A stretch of 64,000 nt of DNA from a virus. Taxonomy: Duplodnaviria; Caudoviricetes. The stretch is from the IMG/VR virus record IMGVR_UViG_3300033145_002422. One strand, given 5' to 3'. A program made the translations under genes and the position numbers. Under the pieces are notes generated by a model that was not told the origin of the DNA, searched no databases, and saw only the letters and a list, made by a program, of their open reading frames with translations. Below, one piece after another: positions 1-10,016 of the stretch. How positions within the stretch are numbered: the stretch's first letter is position 1; the number at the start of each line of letters is the position of its first letter.

Positions 1-1
1 T

Positions 2-652
2 AACTATTATATAAAATATGGCAAATATTGTTTATTATCTATTCTTAAGAATTCTTTTAATGAAACAATTTTTGTTAGAACTATAGATGCGAAAAATGAT
101 GTGATTAAAGAAATTTCTAGCTTATCTAGTAGAATAAATATAAGTAATATTATTAAACCTATAAGATGCTGTATGAAAGATTTTTCTGCTCAAATTAGAA
201 CAAAAATAATTTCCGAAGAATTACTGAATTATGATATAGAAAAACTATTATATATAGATGCAGATTCGCTTATGATGAGAAGTCCAGAATTGTTATGGGA
301 TTTAGTAAATGAATATGATATTTCAGGTTGGTATTGTGGTTCTACATCAGATATAAGAAGGAGATATAGGACAGGTATTCTTGTTATAAAAAATACAAAT
401 ATTTCAAAAGAAACATGTAAAATATGGAATTGTAGAACATGGGAAAAGATTGCGTTTTGGCAAGACCAAATAGGTCTATGTAATGCAGTAGAATATATGA
501 TAGATAAGGGGTTAAGATTTAATAATCTAAAAAATAAAAATATTATTGATTCAACTGATTTAAAAATAAAAAATTCTATTTTATGGACTCCTGGCGGAAA
601 ATATAAGAGATATTGTAATTTTATAGAACAGCAGCAGAAATTTTTAGAATAA
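2..652 (+). CDS. GT-A fold nucleotide-diphospho-sugar transferase, 5'-truncated by the window edge
   Basis: DxD motif LLYIDADS, TGILVIK and a WQDQ motif. The frame is open from base 2, so the start lies upstream of the window. Confidence 0.7.
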   Translation, partial: NYYIKYGKYCLLSILKNSFNETIFVRTIDAKNDVIKEISSLSSRINISNIIKPIRCCMKDFSAQIRTKIISEELLNYDIEKLLYIDADSLMMRSPELLWDLVNEYDISGWYCGSTSDIRRRYRTGILVIKNTNISKETCKIWNCRTWEKIAFWQDQIGLCNAVEYMIDKGLRFNNLKNKNIIDSTDLKIKNSILWTPGGKYKRYCNFIEQQQKFLE

Positions 653-1441
653 TTATTTTTTAAAAGGACAATCTTCTAATATATTATTAAAATCTATTTT
701 ATAAGTTTTATATAATATTGAGTTTATTAAATCTTTATAAGATGTTTGTTCATTTGTTATAAATGGTTCGGTACTTCTGTCATCATATGTTTTAAAATAG
801 TCTGCAAATTTAAAACCTTCGCCAGTTACTTTATTAGATATTTTAATCCACATTGATGGAATTTTGTATGCATCAGCAGCTATAATTCCATGTAAAGAAC
901 TAGATACTATGGCTTCACAACAATTTATTTGATTTATAACCTTATATACGCCTGCTTTTATATTAATTATAAATATATTTGGATCTTGTTTTATATTTTG
1001 TATAAAATCAGATTTTTGATCTATAAAATGAGGTATAATACCAAGTTTATATTTTTTTATATTATTTTTTGGTTTATAAAATAATGGAAATAATAAAGCT
1101 GGATCTCCATATTTTTGTGGGCATTCTAATCCAAATTTTATGAGTTTTTTTCTTGTTAATGGGCCTCTCACAGAACATATTTTTAAAGGTTTTAATTTTA
1201 AAGATGATTTATCAGATATAAACCCTGTTCCCCAAACTATTGAATTATTATCTGCGAAATTCAGTACGCTGCCAACAGTAATATAATTTTTTTGATTGCA
1301 GATGGTTTGCATTCGAATTACAGTGGGTTTTTTAGACGTTATATATTCAAAAATATAAGGAGCTATGGCATCTCCCCAATTTGGTGCTTTTATAAGACAT
1401 TTTAATAACATATCACTATTTTCTTCGATATTAGGTTCCAT
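653..1441 (-). CDS. Polysaccharide pyruvyl transferase family protein (ExoV-like)
   Basis: NWGD, VGSVL, VWGTG, SVRGPLT, GDPALL, GIIPH and SSSLHGIIAADAY motifs. Confidence 0.85.
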   Translation of the reverse strand: MEPNIEENSDMLLKCLIKAPNWGDAIAPYIFEYITSKKPTVIRMQTICNQKNYITVGSVLNFADNNSIVWGTGFISDKSSLKLKPLKICSVRGPLTRKKLIKFGLECPQKYGDPALLFPLFYKPKNNIKKYKLGIIPHFIDQKSDFIQNIKQDPNIFIINIKAGVYKVINQINCCEAIVSSSLHGIIAADAYKIPSMWIKISNKVTGEGFKFADYFKTYDDRSTEPFITNEQTSYKDLINSILYKTYKIDFNNILEDCPFKK

Positions 1442-1498
1442 TATTTTGTTATGATTTTTAAAAAAGTGTTTTATATTTAGTATACCATTAGATAATAA

Positions 1499-1879
1499 AT
1501 GATCCTTTATACAATAGGCTATAATAATTTCTCGTTTTTCGAATTCAGAGATAAAATAAGATCTTTGGATGTTATTATTATTGATGTTCGTTATTCTCCG
1601 AGCAGCTATTCTTCATTTTTTAATAAGCAGTATCTTGAGGATATATTTGGACACTCATACATTCATGTTCCAGAATTAGGAAATAAAAATTATAAGAATC
1701 CAGAAAAAGAGTTCGATATAGTAGATATAGAAGCCGGTGCAGATAAAGTAATAGAATATATGGGGTTGGGGTTTGACTGCATATTGCTTTGTGCTTGTGA
1801 TGATGTTAATAAATGTCATAGAAAATTAGTAGCTGATAAAATAAAAGAAAAATCAAATTGCGAAATTATTCACATTTAG
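1499..1879 (+). CDS. DUF488 family protein
   Basis: LYTIGY, IDVRYSPSS, YIHVPELG and LLCAC..CHR motifs. Confidence 0.8.
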   Translation: MILYTIGYNNFSFFEFRDKIRSLDVIIIDVRYSPSSYSSFFNKQYLEDIFGHSYIHVPELGNKNYKNPEKEFDIVDIEAGADKVIEYMGLGFDCILLCACDDVNKCHRKLVADKIKEKSNCEIIHI

Positions 1880-1933
1880 TGTAGTTTTTTCTAGTAAAAT
1901 TTAATCAACAGTCAAATTATAAGGAGAGTTTCA

Positions 1934-2368
1934 ATGGATAAGAAAATACCAACTAAAGTACCTTTAAGGAAGATGGAAATCTGGCAAACAGATGATGGAC
2001 GTAGGATTGAAGCGTTCAATAAAACAGGGTCAGTAACTTATATTCATAGAGAAGATGTAGGTGATCAAGAAAAAGCTCCTTCATTTAATGCTCCAGATGT
2101 TTTATATGTGGGCGTAGCTCAAATAGGAACTCCCCAGGGAATGAAGGAAATAAAGTTTGAGATTTCTGCGACTAGCGTTGAAGAAGCTTTTGATAATTAT
2201 CATGAAAATGCCATGATTGCAGTTGAAGAATTAAAGAAACAGATTCTTGAAGCAAGGCAAAATCGGCAGGAAAATGTTGTTCCTAATATAGTCCAAGCTA
2301 CAGAGAATGATCTTCATGAAATAGATGAAGTTGCAAAGGATGCAGGAGATAATATTATAATTCCATAA
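1934..2368 (+). CDS. Conserved hypothetical protein
   Basis: AAGGAG SD; LYVGVAQI.TP.G...FEI.A.SVEEAF core and IIIP C-terminus. Confidence 0.6.
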   Translation: MDKKIPTKVPLRKMEIWQTDDGRRIEAFNKTGSVTYIHREDVGDQEKAPSFNAPDVLYVGVAQIGTPQGMKEIKFEISATSVEEAFDNYHENAMIAVEELKKQILEARQNRQENVVPNIVQATENDLHEIDEVAKDAGDNIIIP

Positions 2369-2379
2369 AGGAAAATAAA

Positions 2380-2700
2380 ATGGAAAATATAGATTTTGCA
2401 AAACATATATTAAAGATGTTAAAAGACGCTTTAAGAAGTGACCCTAAAGCAATGAATACCTTATTAAATCAAAGAGTGTTCTGCAATGAAGTTTTAGCAC
2501 AGCACCAGAATTTTCAAGTTATTGTTTCTCAGGACGATGCTGGGAATCCTATATATATTGTTAGTATGCTTGGTATTTTTAATGGGGTTTTAGATGCTAT
2601 GGATGCTCCAGTTATATCTGCTATAGTTAATGATACGCAAGGAATTGTTGGATTTTCTTTGTATGATTTGAAAAAACAAGAACTTATTGAGGATAAATAA
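2380..2700 (+). CDS. Hypothetical protein
   Basis: ORF with AAGGA SD in a tightly packed operon. Confidence 0.6.
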   Translation: MENIDFAKHILKMLKDALRSDPKAMNTLLNQRVFCNEVLAQHQNFQVIVSQDDAGNPIYIVSMLGIFNGVLDAMDAPVISAIVNDTQGIVGFSLYDLKKQELIEDK

Positions 2701-2701
2701 T

Positions 2702-3037
2702 ATGCCATATATTAAACAAAATAGAAGAGAAGTATTAGATCCTTATGTGGATGCTATAGTTGAAATAATGAAAAAAATTGATGCTAAAGATGGTGATTAT
2801 AATTATTTGATTACCAGAATATTAACATCTGGATTCGAACTTAATTCTAAACCTGGTTATTCCAAGATAAATACAATTGTTGGAGTTTTAGACTGTATAA
2901 AATTAGAATTGTATAGAAGAATTGCTTCAAAATATGAACAGGAAAAAACAATAGAAAATGGAGATGTTAAGGAGTATGAAGAATTTGATCAATGGTTTGA
3001 TGATCTTACTAGGAGATTGGGATGCTTCAGAAAATAA
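2702..3037 (+). CDS. Conserved phage hypothetical protein (MPYIK family)
   Basis: Start moved to ATG 2702 (MPYIKQ) after GAGG SD; KLELYRR..YE.EK..ENGDV motif. Confidence 0.65.
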   Translation: MPYIKQNRREVLDPYVDAIVEIMKKIDAKDGDYNYLITRILTSGFELNSKPGYSKINTIVGVLDCIKLELYRRIASKYEQEKTIENGDVKEYEEFDQWFDDLTRRLGCFRK

Positions 3038-3366
3038 TAGTTAATAAAGAAGTTGAAGAAATCGTAGATATTTTGTGTAATAAATGCGGCAGGAGTTGTT
3101 TGGCAGGAAAAGATGATGGTGTTTATGATGGATATGGTTTAATTGAGGCTTCTGTGAGAGGGGGCTATTGGTCATCGCATCTTTGGGATGATGTTTCTTA
3201 TACTTTTAGTATTTGCGAAGAGTGCCTGAGAGAATTGTTTGACAACTTTATTATTCACCCAGATACCAAGGGTGGCGGTATAGTCTGTCATGGTGAAAGA
3301 GAGTATGAAACGAAAGAAATTAGGGAGAAAAATAAAATAGATTGGGAAAAGAGAGATAAAAAATAA
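3022..3366 (+). CDS. Hypothetical zinc-binding protein
   Basis: CNKC and CEEC pairs; AGGAG SD. Confidence 0.6.
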   Translation: MLQKIIVNKEVEEIVDILCNKCGRSCLAGKDDGVYDGYGLIEASVRGGYWSSHLWDDVSYTFSICEECLRELFDNFIIHPDTKGGGIVCHGEREYETKEIREKNKIDWEKRDKK

Positions 3367-3394
3367 AAGGAATATTGTAATTTTAATCGAAAAA
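3366..3394 (+). promoter_or_regulatory. Putative phage late promoter
   Basis: AAAGG-N17-CGAAAAA upstream of the helicase gene. Confidence 0.45.
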
Positions 3395-3424
3395 GATGGT
3401 ATCTAGAAATAGGTGCCATTTTTT
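3391..3424 (+). terminator. Intrinsic terminator-like hairpin
   Basis: gatggtatct-agaaat-aggtgccatt followed by a T run. Confidence 0.5.
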
Positions 3425-3440
3425 CATTGGAATAAGGTAA

Positions 3441-6400
3441 ATGATAAATATATTCAGTTTATTAAAAGAATCTCAAGCACAACAAATATACATACAAGGA
3501 CAGCCAGTAGATGATTTAATAGGAACTGTTCATACAATGTACGGGAGGGGCGCACCTACAGTTTATGATGATTCTGGATTTAATAAAAATGATTATGTTA
3601 ATCCTGTTTTTCAGAATATAGCAGGAATGGTTAGCGGAGATAGGATTCCAGTTCAAAATTCGATTAAAGCATTATATTTACTTGCTAAATATCAAAATAG
3701 ACAACTTCCTAATTATAATACTCTCAAATTAAATATACAAACTTTAATAAATCAGGTAACAAATGTTACGGTAGATACATCTATTCCTACTAATAAAATT
3801 ATTGCCATGGGGAATAACCAGTGGGGATTAATATTTAAGATAAATAACTTAACTAAGCAGAGAACAATAAATAAAGCTGTTAAAGAAGAGTTGTTAAGGC
3901 AGGGTAGAAGTCCGGATGAGTCTTGGAGATATTTTAGGGCGGATAGTAGTCAAGGATTAGATATTTACCAAATAAGTCCATCTGTTATATCTATTGTTGC
4001 AACTATATTGCAAAATGAGGGATATGACGTTACGGATATGATTCAGAAGCCGCAGGACCAATCACAGCAAGCTCTAAAGAGATTTGATGCAACTCTCCTA
4101 TCAGATGGTGGTGTTGAAATAGGATTCGATTATAATGCCGATTTGGTTAAATTTGTAAAAAAGGCAAGAAGAAGAAGATTTAATGGGAAAGAGAGAAGAA
4201 CTTGGACAATATATGAAGATAAGAAGTTTTTTGAAGAATTGGAAAAATATTTAAGTAGCAACGGATATGACACATCCAAATTAAAGGATATTATAAATGG
4301 TAAGGCGATTGCTGCCCCAGCAGAAGTAAGGCAAGAGAAAAAGGGAGAAGTTCTTTATTATGATATCTATGATTTGACAAATGGTATGTTTCATATATCT
4401 ATTGTTCCTACTGGTGGTTTATTGTCAAAAGATATATCTGAATTTTTAAGATTTAGTTTTCCTTATTGGGTAGGTAGAAAAAAATTTAAAGAGGCCCAGG
4501 ATCCAAATAATACAGAATTAAAAGATGCTGCAATAAGAACTGTTAATTTAAATCCAAGTTATGTTTCTATAGATTCTAGGACTGGAAAAAAATTATGGGG
4601 TCATGAAATAAGAGGATTATTTTCTGATTATTTCGCTATTGAAGGAATTATATCTAAATTCGGATATGATACAAAAGGTTTTAGAGACATCGTTATGAGT
4701 CTTTATAAAAGAGGCGTTGTTCAAAAAGATGCGATTCCAGGAGTTCTTGATGGATTTAGAAAAAAAGACCCAACTGGAGAAAGAGCATTTGCGAATGATG
4801 ATGAGGCTTTTTATAAAACTATAGATAATAACTATAAATTAAGACAAAAAGATGGAACTGAAAAAGAATTATGGCCTTTGCAAAAAGAGGGTGTGGCGTT
4901 TTTATATAGTAGAAAATCTGCTATACTTGGCGATTCGACTGGTTCTGGAAAATGTCAATCCAAAGATACTTTAGTAAACTCTAACTTGGGAGTTTTTGAG
5001 ATACAAGAGTTGTGGAATAAATATGGAAATATAGAAAATATTTATTTTATAGATAATGAAGATGAGGAGATTATATATCCCAAAGAAGAAATATTTGTTA
5101 ATTCTATTGATGATAATGGAAAAGTTGTTAAAGGAAAGGTTAATTTTCTATATAGGGAGAAATATAGAGGTAAGCTTAGAAAAATAAAGACATCGAACGG
5201 TAAAGAGATAACCGTTTCTTTTCCTCATAAATTTTTAACTCACTGTGGTTGGTCTAATAATTTGAAAGTAGGAGATATAGTTTGCTCTTCTTCTAGACAG
5301 CCGCACCTTAGCAATTCATATAGCAACATCAGTAGCGAGTTAGCTGAATTTTTGGCATGGCAAATTGCCGAGGGGCATGAAACAAAATATGGTATAAGTA
5401 TTACCCAATCAGACATAAAAGTGTTAGATAAATTAAAAGATATATTTGACAATTTTGATTTTAGAGTTAGTTATAACAAAGATAGAAAAATCAAATCTTC
5501 CATAATTAAACCTAATAACAGAACATCTTATTTATCTATATCATCTATTTCTTATAAGAAATATCTTGAATCTATAGGGTATCAATGGGGAAGAAAATCT
5601 AAAGACAAAGAAATTCCAGATTGCGTGATGATGGCTAAAGATGATATTGTTAAAATTTTTTTGAAATCGTTTTTTGATGCTGAAGGATATTGTAGCAAGA
5701 AGTCTCGTAGAATTGGTATAACATCGGCGAGTAAAAAACTAATCTTTCAATTATCTATTCTTTTGCAGAGATTTAATATTTTATGTACTTTTAGAACAAT
5801 GATGAAATGTGCTACAAATGGTACAAAGATAAAAAGACCGTATTACGAATTAAATATTATAGGTTCTGGTGTTCATAAGTTTATGGATGAGATAGGGTTC
5901 GGTTATGCATATAAGAATGATAACTTTAATAATATAAAATCAGAGACTAATTTTAATAAAGAGGGGAAGCCAGTACATATAGTTTTATCTAAATTTTTTG
6001 ATAATTATGATTTGCCGTTGAAATTGTTAAATATTCCATCAAAGAATTTTGTTATCGGTGCAAGAGGCTGGAATTCAGATACTATAAATAAAACTATAAA
6101 AAGTTTTGATTCTCTTGTTGTTGGAGATACAAAAGAAGAATATGGAAAGTTACGAAGGTCTAAATGGACGGATAAAACAACTGCTGTTCTAGAACGAATA
6201 GATAATAAATTAGTTCAGGAGATTGTTAAAGACTTATCTATTATGGCGAATAATGATTTACAGTATGAAAAGATAATTTCTATAGAAATTATAGAATATG
6301 ATGATTATATTTATGATTTAAATATAGAAAAATATCATAATTATATAGCAGAAAATCTTATTTGCCACAATACTTATGAATCCTTAGTAGCCGCTGATAT

Positions 6401-7832
6401 GAGATTGGCTATTAGCGGTGGAAAATGTTTAATTATTACACTTCCTGCGGCTATGCTTCAATGGGAAAATTCAATTAAAAATCTTAAGGGAGATAATGAA
6501 TTGATATCTTATGATGTTACAAATGGTTCTAAATGGACAATATTATCATATAATAATTTAACTAATGCATCTAAGGCCGATCCGAATAACCCAAAAATAA
6601 GAAAAAGGGATATATTAATAGATAATATAAAGAAGGTTGGTGGATTTACAACATTAATTATTGATGAATGTCATATGGTAAAAAATAATGCCATACAGAC
6701 AAGAAATATAATGGCAGTGGCAGAAGGTATACCTTATGTTTGGGGATTGAGTGCAACAATTATTGCCAATAAACCTATTGATGCTTACAGGCAATTAAAA
6801 GTTATAGGTCATAGATTGGGGCAATTACCATTAAAGATATTTAAAGAACATTTTGGTGGATTTGTTAGAATTAAGGGGAAAACTAGAAGAGGTAAATTAG
6901 AGAAGGGCGATGAATCTCAGATACTTAAAGCTGCATCTCAGTTAAGAAAATGGCTTACTCTTTCAGGAGTATATATTAAGAGAAGTAAGAGAGATATTAA
7001 TCCAGATCTTCCAAATCATATTATTCAAGATAATGAGGTAAATGTAGATACAAAGGCTTTATTCGCAGATATCGCCAAGAGGATGCAAAATTATACCAAT
7101 CCGGCATTAGTCGTTTCTCAGATGCAAGCCCAAAGAACAGAACTTGCTAAAATAAAAGTTTCTTTTAGTTTGGATCTAGCTAAAAGCGTTTTAATGCAAG
7201 GTAAAAAAGTAATAGTATTTACATGCTTTAAAGATTCTGCGGAAATGCTAATGAGTGGTTTACAAAAGATTATAAATGATGAGGTAGAAGAGGGTGGGGT
7301 AGTTCTTGGTTATTTAGGTGGAGTTCCGCAGGCAACCAGAGATAGTTATAAGGCATTAATGCAAGACCAAAAAAGTCCGGCGAAAGCTATGGTTATAAGT
7401 ATACTGGCTGGTGGAACTGGATTGGATTTGCCAAATGTTGTTGATGATGTTATTATAAATGATTTTAGTTGGACTCCAAAAGATGCTGAACAATCAGAAG
7501 GTAGGGCATTTAGAATTACAAGTGAAAATGATGTTACCACGACTTATGTTGTTGCAGCGAATAGTCCAGATCAAGAATTTTATGACTATGTACAAATTAA
7601 GAAAAATTTATCTCAAATGATTGGGAATCTTACAAGCCTTGAATCTCAGCTTGTTATGCAGGGTAAAAAACCAGTTGATGTCCAAAAGCAAATAGAAGAG
7701 TTGCAGAAGAAAGATCAGAGTTTAGATGTTGGTATATTAGATTATGTTAAAAAGTTTATGGGAAGTTTAACAGGAGTTGGTAATAAATTATCTAGTGACA
7801 AGTTTAATATGAAGCAATATAAAATTAGTTAA
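3441..7832 (+). CDS. SNF2-family helicase with a HARP-like domain (SMARCAL1-like), intein-containing
   Basis: LWPLQKEGV Q-motif, Walker A DSTGSGK|T split by an intein, DECH, LSAT, GGTGLDL and QSEGRAFR motifs; HARP-like FDYNADLVKFVK...WTI. Confidence 0.9.
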   Translation: MINIFSLLKESQAQQIYIQGQPVDDLIGTVHTMYGRGAPTVYDDSGFNKNDYVNPVFQNIAGMVSGDRIPVQNSIKALYLLAKYQNRQLPNYNTLKLNIQTLINQVTNVTVDTSIPTNKIIAMGNNQWGLIFKINNLTKQRTINKAVKEELLRQGRSPDESWRYFRADSSQGLDIYQISPSVISIVATILQNEGYDVTDMIQKPQDQSQQALKRFDATLLSDGGVEIGFDYNADLVKFVKKARRRRFNGKERRTWTIYEDKKFFEELEKYLSSNGYDTSKLKDIINGKAIAAPAEVRQEKKGEVLYYDIYDLTNGMFHISIVPTGGLLSKDISEFLRFSFPYWVGRKKFKEAQDPNNTELKDAAIRTVNLNPSYVSIDSRTGKKLWGHEIRGLFSDYFAIEGIISKFGYDTKGFRDIVMSLYKRGVVQKDAIPGVLDGFRKKDPTGERAFANDDEAFYKTIDNNYKLRQKDGTEKELWPLQKEGVAFLYSRKSAILGDSTGSGKCQSKDTLVNSNLGVFEIQELWNKYGNIENIYFIDNEDEEIIYPKEEIFVNSIDDNGKVVKGKVNFLYREKYRGKLRKIKTSNGKEITVSFPHKFLTHCGWSNNLKVGDIVCSSSRQPHLSNSYSNISSELAEFLAWQIAEGHETKYGISITQSDIKVLDKLKDIFDNFDFRVSYNKDRKIKSSIIKPNNRTSYLSISSISYKKYLESIGYQWGRKSKDKEIPDCVMMAKDDIVKIFLKSFFDAEGYCSKKSRRIGITSASKKLIFQLSILLQRFNILCTFRTMMKCATNGTKIKRPYYELNIIGSGVHKFMDEIGFGYAYKNDNFNNIKSETNFNKEGKPVHIVLSKFFDNYDLPLKLLNIPSKNFVIGARGWNSDTINKTIKSFDSLVVGDTKEEYGKLRRSKWTDKTTAVLERIDNKLVQEIVKDLSIMANNDLQYEKIISIEIIEYDDYIYDLNIEKYHNYIAENLICHNTYESLVAADMRLAISGGKCLIITLPAAMLQWENSIKNLKGDNELISYDVTNGSKWTILSYNNLTNASKADPNNPKIRKRDILIDNIKKVGGFTTLIIDECHMVKNNAIQTRNIMAVAEGIPYVWGLSATIIANKPIDAYRQLKVIGHRLGQLPLKIFKEHFGGFVRIKGKTRRGKLEKGDESQILKAASQLRKWLTLSGVYIKRSKRDINPDLPNHIIQDNEVNVDTKALFADIAKRMQNYTNPALVVSQMQAQRTELAKIKVSFSLDLAKSVLMQGKKVIVFTCFKDSAEMLMSGLQKIINDEVEEGGVVLGYLGGVPQATRDSYKALMQDQKSPAKAMVISILAGGTGLDLPNVVDDVIINDFSWTPKDAEQSEGRAFRITSENDVTTTYVVAANSPDQEFYDYVQIKKNLSQMIGNLTSLESQLVMQGKKPVDVQKQIEELQKKDQSLDVGILDYVKKFMGSLTGVGNKLSSDKFNMKQYKIS
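4953..6371 (+). mobile_element. Intein with LAGLIDADG endonuclease in helicase Walker A (473 aa)
   Basis: GK|CQSKDTLV...NLICHN|T; LAWQIAEG and FLKSFFDAEG endonuclease motifs. Confidence 0.93.
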
Positions 7833-8668
7833 AGTTGTCCAAGTTCTTTTGCGTATTGAAGCATAGATTTTTGATTTGTATTCATTCTTGGTTTAATGCC
7901 TCTTAATCCTTTCTTAAGACTATTGTATTGTGGATGATTGATATATGCTTTTGCAGCAGCGGCCCAATTTCCGGAGTTTATTAAATCAGTAATTTTTTTA
8001 CGATTTCCTTTTGGAAAAAGATCGCCCCTATAGACCGCATTAACTAATGCTATTTGAACATATTGTGGATATGAACCAAAGTTTGGTAATGAATCTTTTG
8101 CTCTATTAATATGCTTGTCTAAATCATATTCATAAAATAATTTATACATTTGATCTTCCGTTAGTTTTTTCTTTTTATCGATTATGTCATTGTATTCTTG
8201 ATTGGATATTCCTAAAACTTTATTAAATATAGAACGTGACTCAGGGATTATAAGATGCCCTATTCCTATGGTCGGTTTTCCAATTCCATCATTATATACT
8301 CTCAAACTTTTTCCTTCGTATGGTATTAAATTTTCAGCAAATGGTTTATAATTTTGAGAAATATTTGTTTTTTCTACAGGTATTTCTTCTTTAGCACCTG
8401 GAATCTCTTTTATTTTATTTTCGGCATATGGAAGGCTTCTTTGTACAAGTGGTATTTTTTTTTCAGAAATCATTGTTTGAAGCTGTTGTTTGATGACTAC
8501 GGGGTTATTATTGTGTTTTTCTGCAATTTTATTTGCTTCTTGTGGAGAAATTCCGAGGTATACTAGCATAGGAATTAATGGGATCATAATTGGAAGAAGG
8601 AATTTTCCCCAATCCCATGAATATTTGTATAGGTAACATTCGTATTGACTTTGTTTGTACCAGTTCAT
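7829..8668 (-). CDS. T4-type (GH24) lysozyme with an N-terminal hydrophobic segment
   Basis: E-x8-D-x5-T triad EGKSLRVYNDGIGKPTIGIGH; starts MNWYKQSQ; hydrophobic FLLPIMIPLIPMLVYLGI. Confidence 0.85.
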   Translation of the reverse strand: MNWYKQSQYECYLYKYSWDWGKFLLPIMIPLIPMLVYLGISPQEANKIAEKHNNNPVVIKQQLQTMISEKKIPLVQRSLPYAENKIKEIPGAKEEIPVEKTNISQNYKPFAENLIPYEGKSLRVYNDGIGKPTIGIGHLIIPESRSIFNKVLGISNQEYNDIIDKKKKLTEDQMYKLFYEYDLDKHINRAKDSLPNFGSYPQYVQIALVNAVYRGDLFPKGNRKKITDLINSGNWAAAAKAYINHPQYNSLKKGLRGIKPRMNTNQKSMLQYAKELGQL

Positions 8669-8716
8669 TTTTTTATTGCTTTTTTTATTTTTTATAGTAT
8701 AATAACCAATAATAAT

Positions 8717-8745
8717 ACTTTATACAATTGTCATTAGAATCCTTT
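8717..8745 (-). promoter_or_regulatory. Putative phage late promoter
   Basis: AAAGG-N15-GTATAAA upstream of the lysozyme gene. Confidence 0.45.
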
Positions 8746-8765
8746 TTATTATTTTAGGAGGAGTT

Positions 8766-9080
8766 ATGGAATTAGATCAAGAGTTAAAAAACTTAGCATT
8801 GGATTGGGCAGAAAAGGTTTATATAAATATTTATATGGCTCTTACAAATCCAGAAAAATCAATATCTGGTAATGAATTAAAAATTTATGAAGAGTTTAAA
8901 GCTTGGGGATTTTTTGATAAATGCCCATTAGATAATGAGGATATAGAGTTTTCTCATACTTTATTTATTACAATTTTGGCTAGGGAAAAATATAATCAAT
9001 TAAAACATGAGAAAGATTATCCACAGCCAAGAAAAAAGTCGAAGTGGGAAGTAGTTACTGGAAAAGTACCAAAGAGATAG
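8766..9080 (+). CDS. Hypothetical protein
   Basis: Strong AGGAGG SD. Confidence 0.6.
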   Translation: MELDQELKNLALDWAEKVYINIYMALTNPEKSISGNELKIYEEFKAWGFFDKCPLDNEDIEFSHTLFITILAREKYNQLKHEKDYPQPRKKSKWEVVTGKVPKR

Positions 9081-9159
9081 TTAAAATAGTTTAATTAAGT
9101 GTTAATATAATGTTATATAATACATAGGGAATATTGTTTTTTTATATAGGAGATTTTTT

Positions 9160-9984
9160 ATGTCAACCGAAGAAAAGTTGACGCAGCTATGGAAGAAATA
9201 TAGAAAATGTCATGATTTGAAAAGTAAAAATGAATTAGTAGAACATTATTATTTTCTTGTTGAAAAGATATCAGCTAATTTGGAGAGGTCTTTTAAGTAT
9301 AAAATATCAAAATACGAATTGGCATCTCATGGAGTAGACGGCTTATATAAGGCTATAGAAAGATTTGATCTTGATCGTAAAATAAAGTTTGAAACATATG
9401 CTCCTCAAAGAATAAGTGGGTCAATGATTGATGGATTAAGATCTGAAGATTGGGTTCCAAGGAGTGTTCGTTTAAGATACTCTGCAATAAATAAGGCAAA
9501 AGAGGTTTTAGAAACTAAGTCCGGTAATAGAATAGATGATGTTGAAGCGGCAAAACATGCAGGGTTTTGTGAAGAAGATTTTGTAAAAAATAAGAAAAAG
9601 TTTATGCCTATTTCTCTTTCTAGTATAGAAGAATGTTCTTCTGAATTTGGTATTAACAATTCCAAGAAAGATTTTAATATATTTTTAAAATCTACTTCTG
9701 TTTCTTCTCCAGATAGCAAAATATTAAGAAAAGAGTTTTTTAATAAGTTATTAGGAAAGAGTTTTTCTCAAAGAGAAAGGAAGATAATATATTATTATTT
9801 TTATGAAGAATTATCGATGGGAGAGATTTCAGAAAAATTAGAATTGTCAGAATCAAGAGTAAGTCAAATGCTAAAGAAGCTTATAGGTAAATTAAAATTG
9901 AGAACAGAATTAAATCCTAACTATTTTAGAAAGGATATACTTTCTATAATTGAAGAATGTAATGATAGGGATTCTTTATTTTAA
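9160..9984 (+). CDS. RNA polymerase sigma factor, FliA/WhiG (sigma-28) family
   Basis: GLYKAIERFD..R.IKFETYA..RI.G.MID.LR..DWVPRSVR (region 2); region 4 LSMGEISEKLELSESRVSQ. Confidence 0.9.
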   Translation: MSTEEKLTQLWKKYRKCHDLKSKNELVEHYYFLVEKISANLERSFKYKISKYELASHGVDGLYKAIERFDLDRKIKFETYAPQRISGSMIDGLRSEDWVPRSVRLRYSAINKAKEVLETKSGNRIDDVEAAKHAGFCEEDFVKNKKKFMPISLSSIEECSSEFGINNSKKDFNIFLKSTSVSSPDSKILRKEFFNKLLGKSFSQRERKIIYYYFYEELSMGEISEKLELSESRVSQMLKKLIGKLKLRTELNPNYFRKDILSIIEECNDRDSLF

Positions 9985-10016
9985 AAGACGAATTACTAAA
10001 AGAAAGGAATTAATAA

